In this document: positions 9,063 through 21,455 of the stretch, one piece after another
Numbering within the stretch: the stretch's first letter is position 1
Layout: every line of letters starts with the position of its first letter
Source: an uncultured Erysipelotrichaceae bacterium
GTDB lineage: Bacteria; Bacillota_I; Bacilli_A; RFN20; CAG-826
Assembly (NCBI GenBank): GCA_902769185.1
Contig: CACXNV010000001.1
Coordinates: forward strand, 4,021-68,020
Direction of reading: 5' to 3'
DNA: 64,000 nucleotides
Program-made: the position numbers and the translations under genes
The notes under the pieces: model-generated
Databases searched by the model: none
Told to the model about the DNA's origin: nothing
What the model saw: the letters and a program-made list of their open reading frames with translations, nothing else

Positions 9063-10445
9063 CTAACCTATAATAACATCTGTTGGAATTTCGCGATAGT
9101 GAGTGTTTTTCTCATTATCGATATTTGTCTGGAAGATTTGGAATAAAGTGATTGGACCAAGTCTTCCAAAGAACATTAATAAGCAAATAACAATCTTACT
9201 GCCTAATGATAACGTAGTGGTTAAGTTAGCGCTTAAGCCAACTGTGCCAAAGGCAGAGAATGTTTCATATAAAACTGCGTCTGTTGTCGCGGCGGAATTT
9301 CCTCTTTCAAACGAGGCAATACAGACGAACCCGACTAATAAAACAACAACTGACAAGAACACTAAAGTCATTGTTTTAATAATAGATGAATTAGTGAATT
9401 CTCTCTTAAAGGCAGAGATCTTTCTACCTTGTAAGAATCTCACAAAGCAAAGGATTAAAACGAAGATAGTGGTGGTTTTAATACCACCAGCAGTACTGAT
9501 TGGTGAGCCACCGATGAACATTAAAACGCAGCTAATTGTCTTTCCTGCTGGGGATAATGTTGATTGATCAAAAGATGCAAATCCAGCAGTTCTAGTAGTG
9601 ACACTTTGGAATAATGCCTGATATGGGGTGATGTTTCCAGAAATGCCGTCCGTTAACATCAATATGCCAAACCCAAAGACGATTAAAGAACCAGTCATTA
9701 ATAAGGTAATTCTAGTAAAAGAAGATAATTGTTTGACCTTTTTTCTTTGGAATGTTAATTCGATAATGGTTAAGAATGATAACCCGCCCATTACGATTAA
9801 TATCATGATATAGCCTTGCATATAATAGTATGCCCATTGAGGCATGGTATCGACAATTGTACCCATTCCTTGGATTAAGCTAGTTCCTCCAAAGATGTCA
9901 AATCCTGCGTTATTAAAAGCAGAAATAGAAGTAAATATACTAGCCCAAATTGCTTTAGGAACAGTATAGCCTGGAACATTTAAAAATACAGGTAGACCTA
10001 AAGCAAAACCAATTGTCTCAGCGGTAGCGACAATCACAATCACTCTTCTGACGAATTTACCAACATCGGCAATGGAGGTGGAGTTAACCGCTTGAGCGAG
10101 CATATATCGGTCTTTAAATTGAATCTTCTTTTGTATCAAAGATACAAAGAATGTAAGAATTGTGATAAAACCAAGACCACCAATTTGGATCATAATTAAC
10201 ATCACAATTTGACCAAATAATGTGAGTTCTCCTCCTATTCCTAAACTATATGTTGATAGTCCAGTCACACAGGTCGCACTTGTAGCGTGAAATAAAGCAT
10301 CCATGTAGTTACCCCAATTACCGTCTTTGTGGGCAAATGGAAGGGACAATAAAAATGAGCCTAAAAAGATAACTCCAACAAAGGAGAGGATGACTAATAG
10401 ATATGGAGATATTTGCTTAGTTTTGGTCTTTCTTTCGCTCTTCAT
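9063..10445 (-). CDS. ktrB: K+ transporter membrane subunit (KtrB/TrkH family)
   Basis: Repeated selectivity-filter-like motifs (TGLS, NAGFD, TRTAGF, GTVGLS) in a polytopic 460-aa protein. Confidence 0.85.
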   Translation of the reverse strand: MKSERKTKTKQISPYLLVILSFVGVIFLGSFLLSLPFAHKDGNWGNYMDALFHATSATCVTGLSTYSLGIGGELTLFGQIVMLIMIQIGGLGFITILTFFVSLIQKKIQFKDRYMLAQAVNSTSIADVGKFVRRVIVIVATAETIGFALGLPVFLNVPGYTVPKAIWASIFTSISAFNNAGFDIFGGTSLIQGMGTIVDTMPQWAYYYMQGYIMILIVMGGLSFLTIIELTFQRKKVKQLSSFTRITLLMTGSLIVFGFGILMLTDGISGNITPYQALFQSVTTRTAGFASFDQSTLSPAGKTISCVLMFIGGSPISTAGGIKTTTIFVLILCFVRFLQGRKISAFKREFTNSSIIKTMTLVFLSVVVLLVGFVCIASFERGNSAATTDAVLYETFSAFGTVGLSANLTTTLSLGSKIVICLLMFFGRLGPITLFQIFQTNIDNEKNTHYREIPTDVIIG

Positions 10446-10747
10446 ATTAATCTGCTTGTATTATACTCTTAGCAAAATTAAAAGCAAATTTGCTATTAAT
10501 TATGCAAAAATTATATCATAAAGATATTTTACTTGTAAAATATTTTTCTTTTGTAAGACGCTTTACTATATTTTAAGATAAAAAAATTTGAAAAAAGTGA
10601 TTGCAAGCGCATATGTTATTTTGATAGCATATATAAGCATGTTGCCTTCACACGTATGAGAGAGTGTATCGCACACGCAAAGCCTGTGGAAGAGTGGTGA
10701 TTCACTCATACCACGGCACGGACAATCTAAAAAAGGAGGAAAGTCAC

Positions 10748-11161
10748 GTGAGTAAAAAAATCGCGAAAGTGTTGAAAATGGAACTCCCTGGTGGCGAAGC
10801 TAAACCAGGACCAAAACTCGCTTCTGCTGGCATTAACATGTCGAAATTCTGTACAGACTTTAACGCCAAGACTGCTGATAGACGTGGAGAAATCGTTCCA
10901 GTAATCATCACTGCTTATGAAGACAAGTCCTGTGACTTTGTCATCAAAACTTCTCCAGTTGCCCCATTATTATTAAAGGCCGCTGGAATTGCTAAAGGAT
11001 CTGCGACTGGTTGCAAAACTGTTGTGGGTCATATCTCAAGAGCCAAGCTCAAAGAGATTGCCGAGTACAAATTACCTGATTTAAACGCTAATGACATTGA
11101 AGCGGCTATGAAAATCATTGAAGGTAGTGCTCGTAATATGGGAATCGTCGTTGACGACTAA
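10748..11161 (+). CDS. rplK: 50S ribosomal protein L11
   Basis: GTG start 8 nt after AAGGAGGA. The sequence [31 protein letters not shown]... matches L11. The track ORF start at 10664 is an upstream in-frame extension. Confidence 0.92.
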   Translation: MSKKIAKVLKMELPGGEAKPGPKLASAGINMSKFCTDFNAKTADRRGEIVPVIITAYEDKSCDFVIKTSPVAPLLLKAAGIAKGSATGCKTVVGHISRAKLKEIAEYKLPDLNANDIEAAMKIIEGSARNMGIVVDD

Positions 11162-11172
11162 TGGAGGACACT

Positions 11173-11853
11173 ATGAAAAAGGGTAAGAAATATGTTGCCG
11201 CTTTAGCAAAAGTGGATGCCAGTAAGTTATACACTGTTGAAGAAGCAGTGAAACTCGTCAAAGAAACTTCTACTGTCAAATTCGATGCGACAGTCGACGC
11301 TTCATTCAAACTCAATGTCGATCCAAAACAAGCTGATCAACAAGTTAGAGGAACTCTCATTCTCCCACATGGTAACGGCAAAACCAAAAAGGTCTTAGCC
11401 ATTACTGACAAAGTTGAAGACGCTAAAGCTGCTGGTGCAGACTTCGTTGGTGGACAAGAAATGATCGATAAAATCGCCGGTGGGTGGTTTGATTACGATG
11501 TCATTGTTGCGACACCAAACATGATGCCTGTCATCGGTAAAGTTGCTCGTGTATTAGGTCCTAAAGGCTTAATGCCAAATCCAAAGACTGGTACCGTCAA
11601 TCCAGATATCGCTAGAGCAATTAAAGAAATCAAAGCCGGTAAAGTGGAATACCGTGTTGACAAAGAAGCAAATATGCATGTGTCTATTGCTAGAGTCAGC
11701 TTTGATGCAAAGAAGATTGAAGAAAATTTACAAGCCTTAGTTGACGCTTTATTAAAGGCTAGACCAGCTTCAGTCAAAGGTACCTACATTAAAAACGCTG
11801 TTATCCATACGACCATGGGTCCAGCTATCCACTTCACATTTGAAGGTCGTTAA
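11173..11853 (+). CDS. rplA: 50S ribosomal protein L1
   Basis: MKKGKKY...; [22 protein letters not shown]. The ATG at 11173 follows GGAGG. Confidence 0.92.
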   Translation: MKKGKKYVAALAKVDASKLYTVEEAVKLVKETSTVKFDATVDASFKLNVDPKQADQQVRGTLILPHGNGKTKKVLAITDKVEDAKAAGADFVGGQEMIDKIAGGWFDYDVIVATPNMMPVIGKVARVLGPKGLMPNPKTGTVNPDIARAIKEIKAGKVEYRVDKEANMHVSIARVSFDAKKIEENLQALVDALLKARPASVKGTYIKNAVIHTTMGPAIHFTFEGR

Positions 11854-11859
11854 TTAACT

Positions 11860-11985
11860 AGATTCTAATATACCCAAGACAGTAACGGACGTGGAGTCTT
11901 AATAATGTTACCGAGGTGAAGAAATAAAGCATTTATTCTCACTGTATATTGGAGCCTCAAAACAAAAAAACAAATTGAAAAGGAG
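11860..11985 (+). promoter_or_regulatory. Probable L10 (rplJ) leader, the L10(L12)4 autoregulatory element
   Basis: A 140-nt untranslated gap before rplJ that contains acccaagacagtaacgg...gttaccgaggtg pairing, as in Firmicute L10 leaders. I could not run a covariance model. Confidence 0.45.
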
Positions 11986-11993
11986 GTCAAAAC

Positions 11994-12482
11994 ATGAATA
12001 AGGATGTCTTATTAGCGAAACAAGAAACAGTTAGCGAAATCGTTTCTAAAGCTAAGGAAAGTTCTGCTCTTGTTGTTGCTGAATACCGTGGATTAACCGT
12101 GGAACAACTTCAAGAATTAAGAAGAGCCTTACGTGCTGAAGGTGCATCTATGAACGTTTATAAGAATTCTCTTGTTGAACGTGCAAGTGATGAACTCGGT
12201 TACGCTGACTTAAAGCAAGTTTTAAGTGGTCCTAACGCTATCTTCTTCTCTAAAGAAGTCAATAGTGCTGCCAAAGTGCTTGCTAAATACGCAAAAAGAT
12301 ATGGAGACAATCTTAATATCAAGGGTGGCGTCTTTGAAGGAAAGTTTGCTGATGCAGCTGGTGTCAAAGAAATCGCTAAATTACCTGGAAAAGATGGTCT
12401 ACTTGCCATGTTGTTATCGTGCTTACAAGCACCAGTCCGTCAATTTGCCTGCGCTGTTAAGGCTGTTGCGGATGCAAAATAA
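11994..12482 (+). CDS. rplJ: 50S ribosomal protein L10
   Basis: AEYRGLTVEQLQELRRALR motif and an AGGAGG RBS. Confidence 0.92.
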   Translation: MNKDVLLAKQETVSEIVSKAKESSALVVAEYRGLTVEQLQELRRALRAEGASMNVYKNSLVERASDELGYADLKQVLSGPNAIFFSKEVNSAAKVLAKYAKRYGDNLNIKGGVFEGKFADAAGVKEIAKLPGKDGLLAMLLSCLQAPVRQFACAVKAVADAK

Positions 12483-12506
12483 TGCCAATTTAGGAGGAAA
12501 AGAAAA

Positions 12507-12884
12507 ATGGCTAAATTAACAAAAGAAGAAATTATCGCCAGCTTAAAAGAAATGACTGTTCTCGAATTAAATGAATTAGTCAAAGCTGTTGAAGAAGAAT
12601 TTGGTGTCACTGCTGCTGCCCCTGTGGCCGTTGCAGCTGCTGCCCCTGCTGAAGAAGAAGCTGCTAAAGGACCAACCGAAGTTAGCTTATTCTTAAAATC
12701 TGCTGGTGCATCTAAAGTCCCAGTCATCAAAGCTGTCCAAGCTATCACTGGCTTAGGCTTAATGGATGCCAAAAAGATGGTCGATGCAGCTCCTGTTGCT
12801 GTTAAAGAACACATCTCCCCAGTTGAAGCTGAAGAGCACAAGAAAGCTCTCGAAGCCGCTGGTGCTGAAGTCGAAGTTAAATAA
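12507..12884 (+). CDS. rplL: 50S ribosomal protein L7/L12
   Basis: [20 protein letters not shown], an Ala-rich hinge, and a C-terminal domain ([20 protein letters not shown]). Confidence 0.93.
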   Translation: MAKLTKEEIIASLKEMTVLELNELVKAVEEEFGVTAAAPVAVAAAAPAEEEAAKGPTEVSLFLKSAGASKVPVIKAVQAITGLGLMDAKKMVDAAPVAVKEHISPVEAEEHKKALEAAGAEVEVK

Positions 12885-12914
12885 TTTAACTTTATTATCA
12901 AACTCTTAGGCATT

Positions 12915-13511
12915 ATGGGTTATTATTTTGACCAGAGTCCGTCTTCGGAATCAAATATCAGGGAGATTAAGTTCTCCTTATATGGTCAAGAGTACGCCTA
13001 TTATACCGATAACGGAGTATTTTCCAAATCTCGAATCGATGAAGGGTCGTATATCTTTCTTAAGGTATTACTTCCTCTTCATCTAGACGGGAGGATCTTG
13101 GATTTAGGGTGTGGCTATGGTCCGATTGGACTAACCATTGCTCAAAATTCTAGTGAGGCAAGAGTTGATCTTGCCGATATTAATTCGCGCGCACTCGCTC
13201 TAGCGTCAAAGAGCGGTGAACGGCTGAATTTAAAATCTCGAGTCACCTTCCTTCAAAGTGACATCTATGAAAAGATTGAAGGACCATATGATTCAATTGT
13301 TGTGAACCCTCCAATTAGAGCAGGTAAAATCGTTACCTACCAAATGTATAAGGAGAGCAAGCAATACTTAATTGATGGCGGTTCGCTATATGTGGTGATT
13401 AGACGAAAGCAAGGAGCGGAGAGCGCTCTCAAATACATTGAAACGGTATTTGAAAACGTTTCTGTGCTTCATAAAGAAAAAGGCTATTGGATAATCAAAG
13501 CCACAAAGTGA
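12915..13511 (+). CDS. Class I SAM-dependent (RsmC/YbxB-like) methyltransferase
   Basis: ILDLGCGYGPIG (motif I) and VVNPPIRAGK (NPPxH-like motif IV). The position between rplL and rpoB matches Firmicute ybxB. It ends in a TGA stop. Confidence 0.75.
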   Translation: MGYYFDQSPSSESNIREIKFSLYGQEYAYYTDNGVFSKSRIDEGSYIFLKVLLPLHLDGRILDLGCGYGPIGLTIAQNSSEARVDLADINSRALALASKSGERLNLKSRVTFLQSDIYEKIEGPYDSIVVNPPIRAGKIVTYQMYKESKQYLIDGGSLYVVIRRKQGAESALKYIETVFENVSVLHKEKGYWIIKATK

Positions 13512-13546
13512 ACGAAATATAATTTATCGAAAAAGGAGCCATTATA

Positions 13547-16500
13547 ATGTCCAGAAATATTACTGAACTTAGACAAATTAATAACGGAAGATACGATTAC
13601 TCCAAAATTTCTGGTGATCTCCCACTTCCAAATTTAGTGGAAATTCAAACAAAGAGTTACGCTGAATTTTTAGAAAAGGGATTAGATGAAGTTTTTAGAG
13701 AATCATTTCCAATTGAAAACTATACTGGCACATTAACCATTGAATATTTATCTATTCGTCTTGGTGAAGCAAAACACACTTTCCTTGAATGTAAAGAAAG
13801 AGACTTAACTTATAACGTCCCTATGTACATCATGGTGAGATTAATTCATAAAGAAACAGGTGAAATTCAAGAATCCGAAGTCTTTATGGGTGATTTACCT
13901 TTAATGACTAATAGTGGAACATTCATTGTTAATGGTGCTGAAAGAGTTATTGTTTCTCAATTAGTGAGATCTCCAGGTGCTTATTTATCTAAAGAATTTA
14001 AAGCTGGTAAGTTCTTATACGAAGCTGACTTAATTCCTGGTAGAGGTACTTGGTTACAATTCGAATCTGATGCGAAAGATATGCTTTCTGTCAGAATCGA
14101 TAGACAAAGAAAGATTCATGCGACTACTTTACTTAGAGCTTTAGGCTTTGAAAGTAGTGATGATATCTTAAAACTCTTTGGTGGATCAGTAGCTTTAAGA
14201 AATACTTTAGAAAAAGAAGAAGAAAACAAAATCAAATCTTCTAAAGCCGCTTTAGTGGATATCTTTAGAAAGATGAAACCAGGTGAGCCAATCACCGAAG
14301 AAGGTACAGTTAACTTCTTAGTCCAAAGATTCTTTGATGAGAAACGTTACGATTTAGGTCGCGCTGGTAGATATAAATTTATTAAAAAACTTGGTATCTA
14401 TAACCGTTTACCAAACCGTATCTTAGCGGAAGACTTAGTCTCTGCTGATGGAGAAATTAGATTTAAGAAAGGTCATCAACTTTCCGTAGAAGATGTTGAA
14501 GCCTTACGTAATGAAGATTTCTTTGAACAAGGTGCGCATTTAAGAGTGTTAAAGATTAACGAAAAACTCGATAATAACGGCAAAGTAAATATTGTTAAAG
14601 TCTATAACAATGACAAGAAAGAAAAAGTCTCTATTGTTATTGGTACTGACTTAAATAACACATGCACACACGTTAATGTCTGTGATATCGTGGCGATTTT
14701 CTCTTACTTCTTAAATGTCCAAGACGGATTTGGTAGCTGCGATGATATCGACCACTTAGGAAATAGAAGAATTAGATGTGTTGGCGAATTAATTCAAAAT
14801 CAATTTAGAGTTGGTTTAGCTAAGATGCTTAAGACCGTTCAACAAAAGATGTCTATTTCTGATTTAGGAAATGTGAAGCCAAAAGCTTTAATTAATCCTA
14901 GACCACTTGTGGCCTCTATTAGAGAATTCTTTGCATCCTCACAATTATCTCAATTCATGGATCAAACCAATCCTTTAGCAGAATTAACTAATAAAAGAAG
15001 ATTATCTGCTTTAGGTCCTGGTGGATTAACTAGAGATAGAGCATCTACTGAAGTTCGTGACGTTCACGTTTCTCACTATGGCAGAATCTGTCCTATTGAA
15101 ACTCCTGAAGGTCAAAACATTGGTCTTATTAATAACTTAGCGACATACGCGAAAGTTAATAATTATGGATTTATTGAAACCCCATATCGTCCAGTGGATC
15201 ACAAGACTCTTAGAGTCTTATCCAAAGCTGAAGATAGCGTTTATCTTTCCGCGGACGAAGAGTGGGATTATAAAATTGCTGAAGCTAATATTCACTTAGC
15301 AGAAGATGGCACCATCTTAGATGATGTTGTCGTTGCTAGATATAAAGGTGAGAATATCTTAGCCAAAAAAGAAGAAATTGATTTCGTTGATGTTAGTCCA
15401 AAACAAGTCGTTTCAATTGCTGCTGGTAGCATTCCATTCTTAGAGAATGATGACACCATGCGTGCTCTTATGGGTTCTAACATGCAACGTCAAGCCTTAC
15501 CACTTCTTAGACCACACGCCCCACTTGTGGGAACTGGTCTAGAACATCAAGTGGCAAGAGACTCAGGTTTAGCAGTGGTCTCCGCTAGTGAAGGTGTTGT
15601 CACTTACACCGATAGCAAGACTATTGAAATTTTACCTAAAGGTGAATCTGAACCAGTCACTTATCACTTACAAAAATTCGAACGTAGTAACAATGGTACT
15701 TGTATTAATCAAGTAAGCATCGTCAAAGTTGGCGATAAAGTCAAAAAAGGACAAATTATCGCTGATGGACCAGCAATGCAAAACGGTGACCTTGCTTTAG
15801 GTCAAAACGTCACCATCGCCTTCATGACTTGGAACGGTTATAACTATGAAGACGCGGTTATTATGTCTGAAAGACTCGTTAAAGACGATGTCTATACATC
15901 AATTCACATTGAAAAATACAACTGTGAATGTCGTTCCATTCCAAAACTTGGTGATGAAGAAATTACCGCGGATGTTCCTAATGTTGGTACTGATGCCAAG
16001 GCTCACTTAGATAGCAGAGGTATCGTTGTTGTTGGTACTGAAGTTAAAGAAGGAGATATCTTAGTTGGTAAAGTCACTCCTCGTGGACAATCCGAACCAA
16101 CTCCAGAAGATAAATTCTTAATGGCTATCTTTGGAGAGAAAACTAACGAAGGTAAAGATGCTTCTCTTAGAGTCCCTCATGGTGGAGCGGGTATTGTTCT
16201 CGATGTCAAGATCCGTAAAAGAGAAGAAAAAGCCAAAGACAATGAACTCCCACCAGGAGTTAATGAAATTGTCACTGTCTATATCGTCCAAAAGAGAAAG
16301 ATCTCTGAAGGCGATAAGATGTCTGGTCGTCACGGTAATAAGGGTGTTATTTCCCGTATCTTACCAGAATGCGATATGCCATTCCTTCCAGACGGCACCC
16401 CTGTTGACATTATGTTAAACCCATTAGGTGTTCCATCTCGTATGAACATCGGGCAGATCTTAGAAGTCCATTTAGGTATGGCTCTTAAGAAATTAGGATA

Positions 16501-17155
16501 TAAGATTGCAACCCCTGTTTTTGACGGTATCACCAATGAAGAAATCTTCGAGATGATGGATAAAGCAGGTATGGCAAAAGATGGTAAAACTGTCTTATAT
16601 GATGGCCGTACTGGTGAAAAATTCGATGAAAGAATCACAGTTGGTGTCATGTACATGATTAAACTTATCCACATGGTTGATGATAAGTTACACGCACGTG
16701 CTACTGGACCATATAGTTTAGTCACACAACAACCACTCGGTGGTAAAGCCCAAAACGGTGGTCAAAGATTTGGTGAAATGGAAGTCTGGGCTCTTGAAGC
16801 TTATGGCGCCGCCCACGTCTTACAAGAAATTATCACCGTCAAATCTGATGACCGTGTTGGTAGAAGAAAGACTTATGAAGCGATTATTAAAGATCAACCT
16901 CTTCCAAAACCAGGTATCCCAGAAGCCTTTAAAGTCTTAGTTAAAGAATTAGAATCCTTAGCGATGAATGTTGAACTTCTTGATGATGAAGGTCATATCA
17001 TCGATATGGATGCATTAGCAAAAGAAGCTGATAAAGAAGAAAGAAAGATTAACACATCTTTAAGAAACTTAGTCGGTGATGAGGCTAATGTACAAACTGG
17101 TATTGACGAAGATGTCTCTATGACAAGCATGTCAACCAGTAATAGTGAAGATTAA
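13547..17155 (+). CDS. rpoB: DNA-directed RNA polymerase beta subunit
   Basis: Full-length, 1202 aa. Motifs [59 protein letters not shown]. Confidence 0.98.
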   Translation: MSRNITELRQINNGRYDYSKISGDLPLPNLVEIQTKSYAEFLEKGLDEVFRESFPIENYTGTLTIEYLSIRLGEAKHTFLECKERDLTYNVPMYIMVRLIHKETGEIQESEVFMGDLPLMTNSGTFIVNGAERVIVSQLVRSPGAYLSKEFKAGKFLYEADLIPGRGTWLQFESDAKDMLSVRIDRQRKIHATTLLRALGFESSDDILKLFGGSVALRNTLEKEEENKIKSSKAALVDIFRKMKPGEPITEEGTVNFLVQRFFDEKRYDLGRAGRYKFIKKLGIYNRLPNRILAEDLVSADGEIRFKKGHQLSVEDVEALRNEDFFEQGAHLRVLKINEKLDNNGKVNIVKVYNNDKKEKVSIVIGTDLNNTCTHVNVCDIVAIFSYFLNVQDGFGSCDDIDHLGNRRIRCVGELIQNQFRVGLAKMLKTVQQKMSISDLGNVKPKALINPRPLVASIREFFASSQLSQFMDQTNPLAELTNKRRLSALGPGGLTRDRASTEVRDVHVSHYGRICPIETPEGQNIGLINNLATYAKVNNYGFIETPYRPVDHKTLRVLSKAEDSVYLSADEEWDYKIAEANIHLAEDGTILDDVVVARYKGENILAKKEEIDFVDVSPKQVVSIAAGSIPFLENDDTMRALMGSNMQRQALPLLRPHAPLVGTGLEHQVARDSGLAVVSASEGVVTYTDSKTIEILPKGESEPVTYHLQKFERSNNGTCINQVSIVKVGDKVKKGQIIADGPAMQNGDLALGQNVTIAFMTWNGYNYEDAVIMSERLVKDDVYTSIHIEKYNCECRSIPKLGDEEITADVPNVGTDAKAHLDSRGIVVVGTEVKEGDILVGKVTPRGQSEPTPEDKFLMAIFGEKTNEGKDASLRVPHGGAGIVLDVKIRKREEKAKDNELPPGVNEIVTVYIVQKRKISEGDKMSGRHGNKGVISRILPECDMPFLPDGTPVDIMLNPLGVPSRMNIGQILEVHLGMALKKLGYKIATPVFDGITNEEIFEMMDKAGMAKDGKTVLYDGRTGEKFDERITVGVMYMIKLIHMVDDKLHARATGPYSLVTQQPLGGKAQNGGQRFGEMEVWALEAYGAAHVLQEIITVKSDDRVGRRKTYEAIIKDQPLPKPGIPEAFKVLVKELESLAMNVELLDDEGHIIDMDALAKEADKEERKINTSLRNLVGDEANVQTGIDEDVSMTSMSTSNSED

Positions 17156-17173
17156 TGAAAGGAGAAATTAACA

Positions 17174-20100
17174 ATGTTTGACGTAAAAAAATTATCAGCG
17201 ATTAAAGTTGGATTAGCTTCTCCTGACACTATTAGAGCGTGGTCCCATGGTGAAGTTTTAAAACCTGAGACCATCAACTATCGTAGCCAAAAACCAGAAA
17301 TGCAAGGTTTATACTGTGAAAAGATTTTTGGTCCTGCGAAAGACTACGAATGCCATTGCGGTAAATATAAGAAAATTAGATACGCAGGCGTCGTATGTGA
17401 AAAATGTGGTGTTGAAGTTATCTCTAAAGAAGTTAGAAGAGAAAGAATGGGCCACATTGAACTTGCTAGCCCATGTACCCACATTTGGTATTTAAAAGGT
17501 ATTCCTAGCCGCATTGGATTACTTTTAGATGTTTCTCCTAAACACTTAGAAGAAGTAGCCTATTACGCTGCTCACATCTGTTTAAATCCTGGAAAGAGTA
17601 CTATTCTTACTTATCGTGAATTCATTAACGAGAAAAACGGTAGAGAAATCTTTATTCCAGTTTTAAAAGAAATCCAAGAAAAAGGAGAAGAATGGGGTTT
17701 AATCCCAGGTAGTGATGACTATGCAAGAAGTGAAGAACTTGTTGCAAGACTAGAAAATCATAACGAAGTCTTTGACTTCCAAACCTGCTACAACTTCATT
17801 CGTAAATTTACAGGTGCTGAATTCTCTGAAGGTGCTGGAGCGATTAAACGTTTACTCGCAGAAATCGATTTAGACGCTGAAGGAGAAGAAATCTCCCGTA
17901 AGATTAAAAATTCAACTTCCTCTAATAGAGCGAAGTTAACTAAAAGACTCGAAGTCATTGAGGCCTTTAGACATTCTGATAATAAACCAGAATGGATGGT
18001 CCTTGATGTTATTCCAGTGATTCCACCTGATTTAAGACCAATGTTACAACTTGATGGCGGTAGATTCGCTACAAGTGACTTGAACGATTTATATCGTAGA
18101 GTAATTTCTCGTAACAACCGTTTAAAGAAATTAATCGATATGAATTCTCCTGCTGTCTTATTAATGAATGAAAAACGTATGCTTCAAGAAGCAGTGGACG
18201 CTTTAATTGATAACGGTAGAAGAAATAAGCCAGTTACTGGTCCTGGTGGAAGACCTCTTAAATCCTTATCCTCTGGATTAAAAGGTAAACAAGGTCGATT
18301 CAGACAAAACTTACTCGGTAAACGTGTTGACTATTCTGGTCGTTCTGTTATCGCGGTTGGTCCATTCTTAAAAATGTATGAATGTGGCTTACCAAGAGAA
18401 ATGGCGGTCCAATTATTAAGACCATTTATCGCGTGCGAATTAATTAAAAGAGGTATTACTAATGCGAATAAGACCGCAGATCGAATTATCGATAGATATG
18501 ATCCTGCTGTTTTAGATATCGTTGAAGAAATTATTGGTAAGCACCCAGTTCTTCTTAACCGTGCTCCTACTTTACATAGACTTGGTATTCAAGCTTTCCA
18601 ACCACGCTTAGTCGATGGAAGAGCGATTAGATTACACCCACTCGTCTGTACAGGCTTTAACGCTGACTTCGATGGTGACCAAATGGCGGTCCATGTCCCA
18701 TTAAGTAAAGCAGCACAAGAAGAAGCATTACATTTAATGCTTGCCTCTAATAACATCTTAGGACCAAAAGATGGTAAACCAATTGTTACCCCATCTCAAG
18801 ACATGGTCTTAGGAAACTACTATTTAACTTTAGAATCCACTAAAGAAGATTTCTTAAAGAAAGCTAAAGCTTTAAAAGCTACTGATCCTGAAGAAGCAGA
18901 GAGATTTGAATTATACGCTGCTAGTGAAGGTAAAGTCTTTAGAAGCGTTGATGATGTGATTCTTGCTTATCAAACTAAGCAAATCCATTTACATAATAGA
19001 ATCGCGATTATCGGTAAGGCTTTAATGAAGAAAGGATTCACCGAAGAGATGAATAATTCTTATTTAATCACCTCTGTTGGTAAAATCATCTTCAACCAAA
19101 TCTTCCCAAGTGATTTCCCATATTTAAACGCTGTCACAGCCGAAAATATGGCTCATGATTTACCTGAATATTTCGTCCCACGTGGTAGCGATATTAAAGC
19201 AATTATTGCTAAAATGCCTGTGAGATCACCAATCAAAAAGAAAGATTTAGGAAAAATTATTAATGAAATCTTCCAAAGATATGACCGTAAAGGCAATCCA
19301 AAGACTTCATCTGTTCTTGATAAGATGAAAGACCAAGGCTTCCAATACGCGACAGTGGCTGGATTTACTATCTCAATTGACGATATTCATATCGTTGAAG
19401 GTAAAGAAGAAATCTTAGAAGCTGGCGATAAGAAAGTCGCGGAAATTCAAGAAATGTTCGAACTCGGTATGTTAACCGAAGAAGAAAGACATAAGAGCGT
19501 TTGTGACGTTTGGAACAAAGTTCTTGTGGAAGTTAGAACTAAATTAACTGAACAATTTAATAAAGATCAAAGAAACACCATCTATATGATGTCTGACTCT
19601 GGTGCTCGTGGTAATATTTCCAATATTACACAGTTAGCCGGTATGAGAGGTCTTATGGGTAACACCTCTGGTGGCACCATCGAACTCCCAGTTAAACGTT
19701 GTTTCCGTGAAGGTATGACTGTTTCTGAATTCTTTATTGCGACCCATGGTGCTCGTAAGGGTGGTGCTGATACCGCGCTTAAGACTGCTGACTCAGGTTA
19801 TTTAACTAGAAGACTTGTTGACGTCTCTCAAGACGTTATCGTTAGAGAAGTCGATTGTGGAACAGACCACGGCTTCAAAGTTAAAGAAATTAGAGATACT
19901 TCTAGAAACGCGATTATCGTTAAACTTTATGACCGTTTAGTTGGTAGGTACGCTCTTAACGATGTCGTTAATCCAAAAACTGGTGAAGTCCTTGTTAAGG
20001 GTAACACCATGATTAACGAAGAAAGCGCTAAAGCAATTGTTGACGCTGGCATTGAAGAAGTGGAAATTAGATCCTTATTCGGTTGTGAAACTAAAGATGG

Positions 20101-21079
20101 TGTCTGTATCCACTGTTATGGACGTAACCTTGCGACTGGTAGAGAAGTCCAAGTTGGTGAAGCTGTTGGTATTATGGCTGCTCAATCTATTGGTGAGCCA
20201 GGTACACAGTTAACCATGAGAACCTTCCACACTGGTGGCGTTGCTGGTAGCGATATCACTAGTGGTTTACCAAGAGTTCAAGAATTATTTGAAGCTCGTA
20301 ACCCTAAAGGTGAAGCTCTTATTTCTGAAATCCCAGGTACTATCACTAAGATTGAAGAAAAGAATGGTTGCTATTTAGTTACTGTTCGTAACGATTTAGA
20401 AGAAAAGACTTATACTACTGCCTTTGGTGCGAAATTACGTGTCAAAAAAGGCGAAAAAGTCACTAATGGTGGTAAGATCACCGAAGGTGCTATCGATCCT
20501 AAGAAATTACTCGAAGTTTCTGATGTCACTGCGGTTGAGAAATACATCATTAAAGAAGTTCAAAAAGTCTATTCCTTACAAGATATCGGAATTTCTGATA
20601 AGCACATTGAAGTAATCGTTAGACAAATGTTAAGAAAAGTCTACGTTATCGACGCTGGAGATACTGATATGATTGCGGGTACCCGTGTATCGATTAATAC
20701 CTTCACCGCGAAAAATAACGAAGCGATTATTAACGGCAAACGTCCAGCGGTCTTCTCTCCACTTATCTTAGGTATCACTAAGGCGGCTCTTGAAACTGAT
20801 TCCTTCTTATCAGCGGCTTCATTCCAAGAAACTACTAGAGTCTTGACTGACGCTGCTATTAAGGGCAAAGTTGACTACTTACATGGCTTAAAAGAAAACG
20901 TCATTACTGGACACTTAATTCCAGCCGGACGTGGACTTATGAGCGAAGAAGCTAGCGAAGAGTTATTAAAAGACTTTACTGTTGAAGGCACAATGCATGA
21001 AGTTAAAGACAAATATGTCGAAGACTATGATCGTGCAATCAACGAAATTAAAGAGAAGATTAATTCTCGTAACGCTTAA
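17174..21079 (+). CDS. rpoC: DNA-directed RNA polymerase beta' subunit
   Basis: 1301 aa. Zinc finger CHCGKYKK...CEKCG, catalytic [12 protein letters not shown], and the trigger-loop region. Confidence 0.98.
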   Translation: MFDVKKLSAIKVGLASPDTIRAWSHGEVLKPETINYRSQKPEMQGLYCEKIFGPAKDYECHCGKYKKIRYAGVVCEKCGVEVISKEVRRERMGHIELASPCTHIWYLKGIPSRIGLLLDVSPKHLEEVAYYAAHICLNPGKSTILTYREFINEKNGREIFIPVLKEIQEKGEEWGLIPGSDDYARSEELVARLENHNEVFDFQTCYNFIRKFTGAEFSEGAGAIKRLLAEIDLDAEGEEISRKIKNSTSSNRAKLTKRLEVIEAFRHSDNKPEWMVLDVIPVIPPDLRPMLQLDGGRFATSDLNDLYRRVISRNNRLKKLIDMNSPAVLLMNEKRMLQEAVDALIDNGRRNKPVTGPGGRPLKSLSSGLKGKQGRFRQNLLGKRVDYSGRSVIAVGPFLKMYECGLPREMAVQLLRPFIACELIKRGITNANKTADRIIDRYDPAVLDIVEEIIGKHPVLLNRAPTLHRLGIQAFQPRLVDGRAIRLHPLVCTGFNADFDGDQMAVHVPLSKAAQEEALHLMLASNNILGPKDGKPIVTPSQDMVLGNYYLTLESTKEDFLKKAKALKATDPEEAERFELYAASEGKVFRSVDDVILAYQTKQIHLHNRIAIIGKALMKKGFTEEMNNSYLITSVGKIIFNQIFPSDFPYLNAVTAENMAHDLPEYFVPRGSDIKAIIAKMPVRSPIKKKDLGKIINEIFQRYDRKGNPKTSSVLDKMKDQGFQYATVAGFTISIDDIHIVEGKEEILEAGDKKVAEIQEMFELGMLTEEERHKSVCDVWNKVLVEVRTKLTEQFNKDQRNTIYMMSDSGARGNISNITQLAGMRGLMGNTSGGTIELPVKRCFREGMTVSEFFIATHGARKGGADTALKTADSGYLTRRLVDVSQDVIVREVDCGTDHGFKVKEIRDTSRNAIIVKLYDRLVGRYALNDVVNPKTGEVLVKGNTMINEESAKAIVDAGIEEVEIRSLFGCETKDGVCIHCYGRNLATGREVQVGEAVGIMAAQSIGEPGTQLTMRTFHTGGVAGSDITSGLPRVQELFEARNPKGEALISEIPGTITKIEEKNGCYLVTVRNDLEEKTYTTAFGAKLRVKKGEKVTNGGKITEGAIDPKKLLEVSDVTAVEKYIIKEVQKVYSLQDIGISDKHIEVIVRQMLRKVYVIDAGDTDMIAGTRVSINTFTAKNNEAIINGKRPAVFSPLILGITKAALETDSFLSAASFQETTRVLTDAAIKGKVDYLHGLKENVITGHLIPAGRGLMSEEASEELLKDFTVEGTMHEVKDKYVEDYDRAINEIKEKINSRNA

Positions 21080-21091
21080 TTAAACAAAATA

Positions 21092-21128
21092 ATTAACTGC
21101 TTAGATTAATTTCTAGGCAGTTTTTTAT
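21092..21128 (+). repeat. Direct repeat copy 1 (37 nt, includes the rpoC terminator)
   Basis: attaactgcttaGattaatttctaggcagttttttat recurs at 21853-21889 with one mismatch. Confidence 0.9.
21097..21126 (+). terminator. rpoBC operon terminator
   Basis: An 8-bp stem (ctgcttag / ctaggcag, with one G.U) with loop attaattt, followed by T6. Confidence 0.7.
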
Positions 21129-21209
21129 TTACATTCTAGTGTTGTCATTTATAATATAAGTGAAGCTGTAAGATAACTTAGTCAACTAGACTAGAAAGGA
21201 GATAAAGTT

Positions 21210-21455
21210 ATGTGCAATGTAAACATGTATGAAGCCAAAACGAATTTGTCGAAATACGTTGATATGATTGAAAGTGGTGAGCAAAAAGAAATTTTCTTAT
21301 GTCGTAGAGGCAAGAAAATAGCAAAAATCGTTCCTGTTGGTGAAGAATTAACAAAAAAACGATTAGGTGCTGCGATTGGAATTTTACCTAGCTTACCAGT
21401 TGGATTTGATGATCCAAAATTAGATGAAGAGATTGCTAATGACTTTAATTTATAA
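21210..21455 (+). CDS. Type II antitoxin, Phd/YefM-like
   Basis: MYEAKTNLSKYVDMIESGE..I...RGKKIAKIVP is typical of Phd/YefM N-termini. Its stop overlaps the PIN gene start (TAATG). Confidence 0.7.
   Translation: MCNVNMYEAKTNLSKYVDMIESGEQKEIFLCRRGKKIAKIVPVGEELTKKRLGAAIGILPSLPVGFDDPKLDEEIANDFNL

Noticed and set aside
9103-9567. 154-aa plus-strand ORF.
   Set aside because: It is antisense to ktrB. The same judgement applies to similar antisense or off-frame ORFs in rpoB, rpoC, glgP, the ATPase and the 1179-aa gene.
10446-10620. I looked for a c-di-AMP (ydaO/kimA-type) riboswitch upstream of ktrBA, since Firmicute ktr genes often carry one.
   Set aside because: The minus-strand 5' region is very AT-rich and holds only promoter-like hexamers and a 12-nt palindrome (AGCAAATTTGCT, 10484-10495). 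I saw none of the conserved ACGGGGA-type elements.
10664-10747. N-terminal extension of L11 (MYRTRKACGRVVIHSYHGTDNLKKEESH).
   Set aside because: It has no similarity to L11. A strong AAGGAGGA RBS sits just before the GTG at 10748, which gives a canonical L11 N-terminus.
12440-12913. 157-aa Ala/Ser-rich ORF on the minus strand.
   Set aside because: It lies exactly antisense to rplL and the end of rplJ. Its composition mirrors the Ala-rich L7/L12 codons, so it is a shadow ORF.
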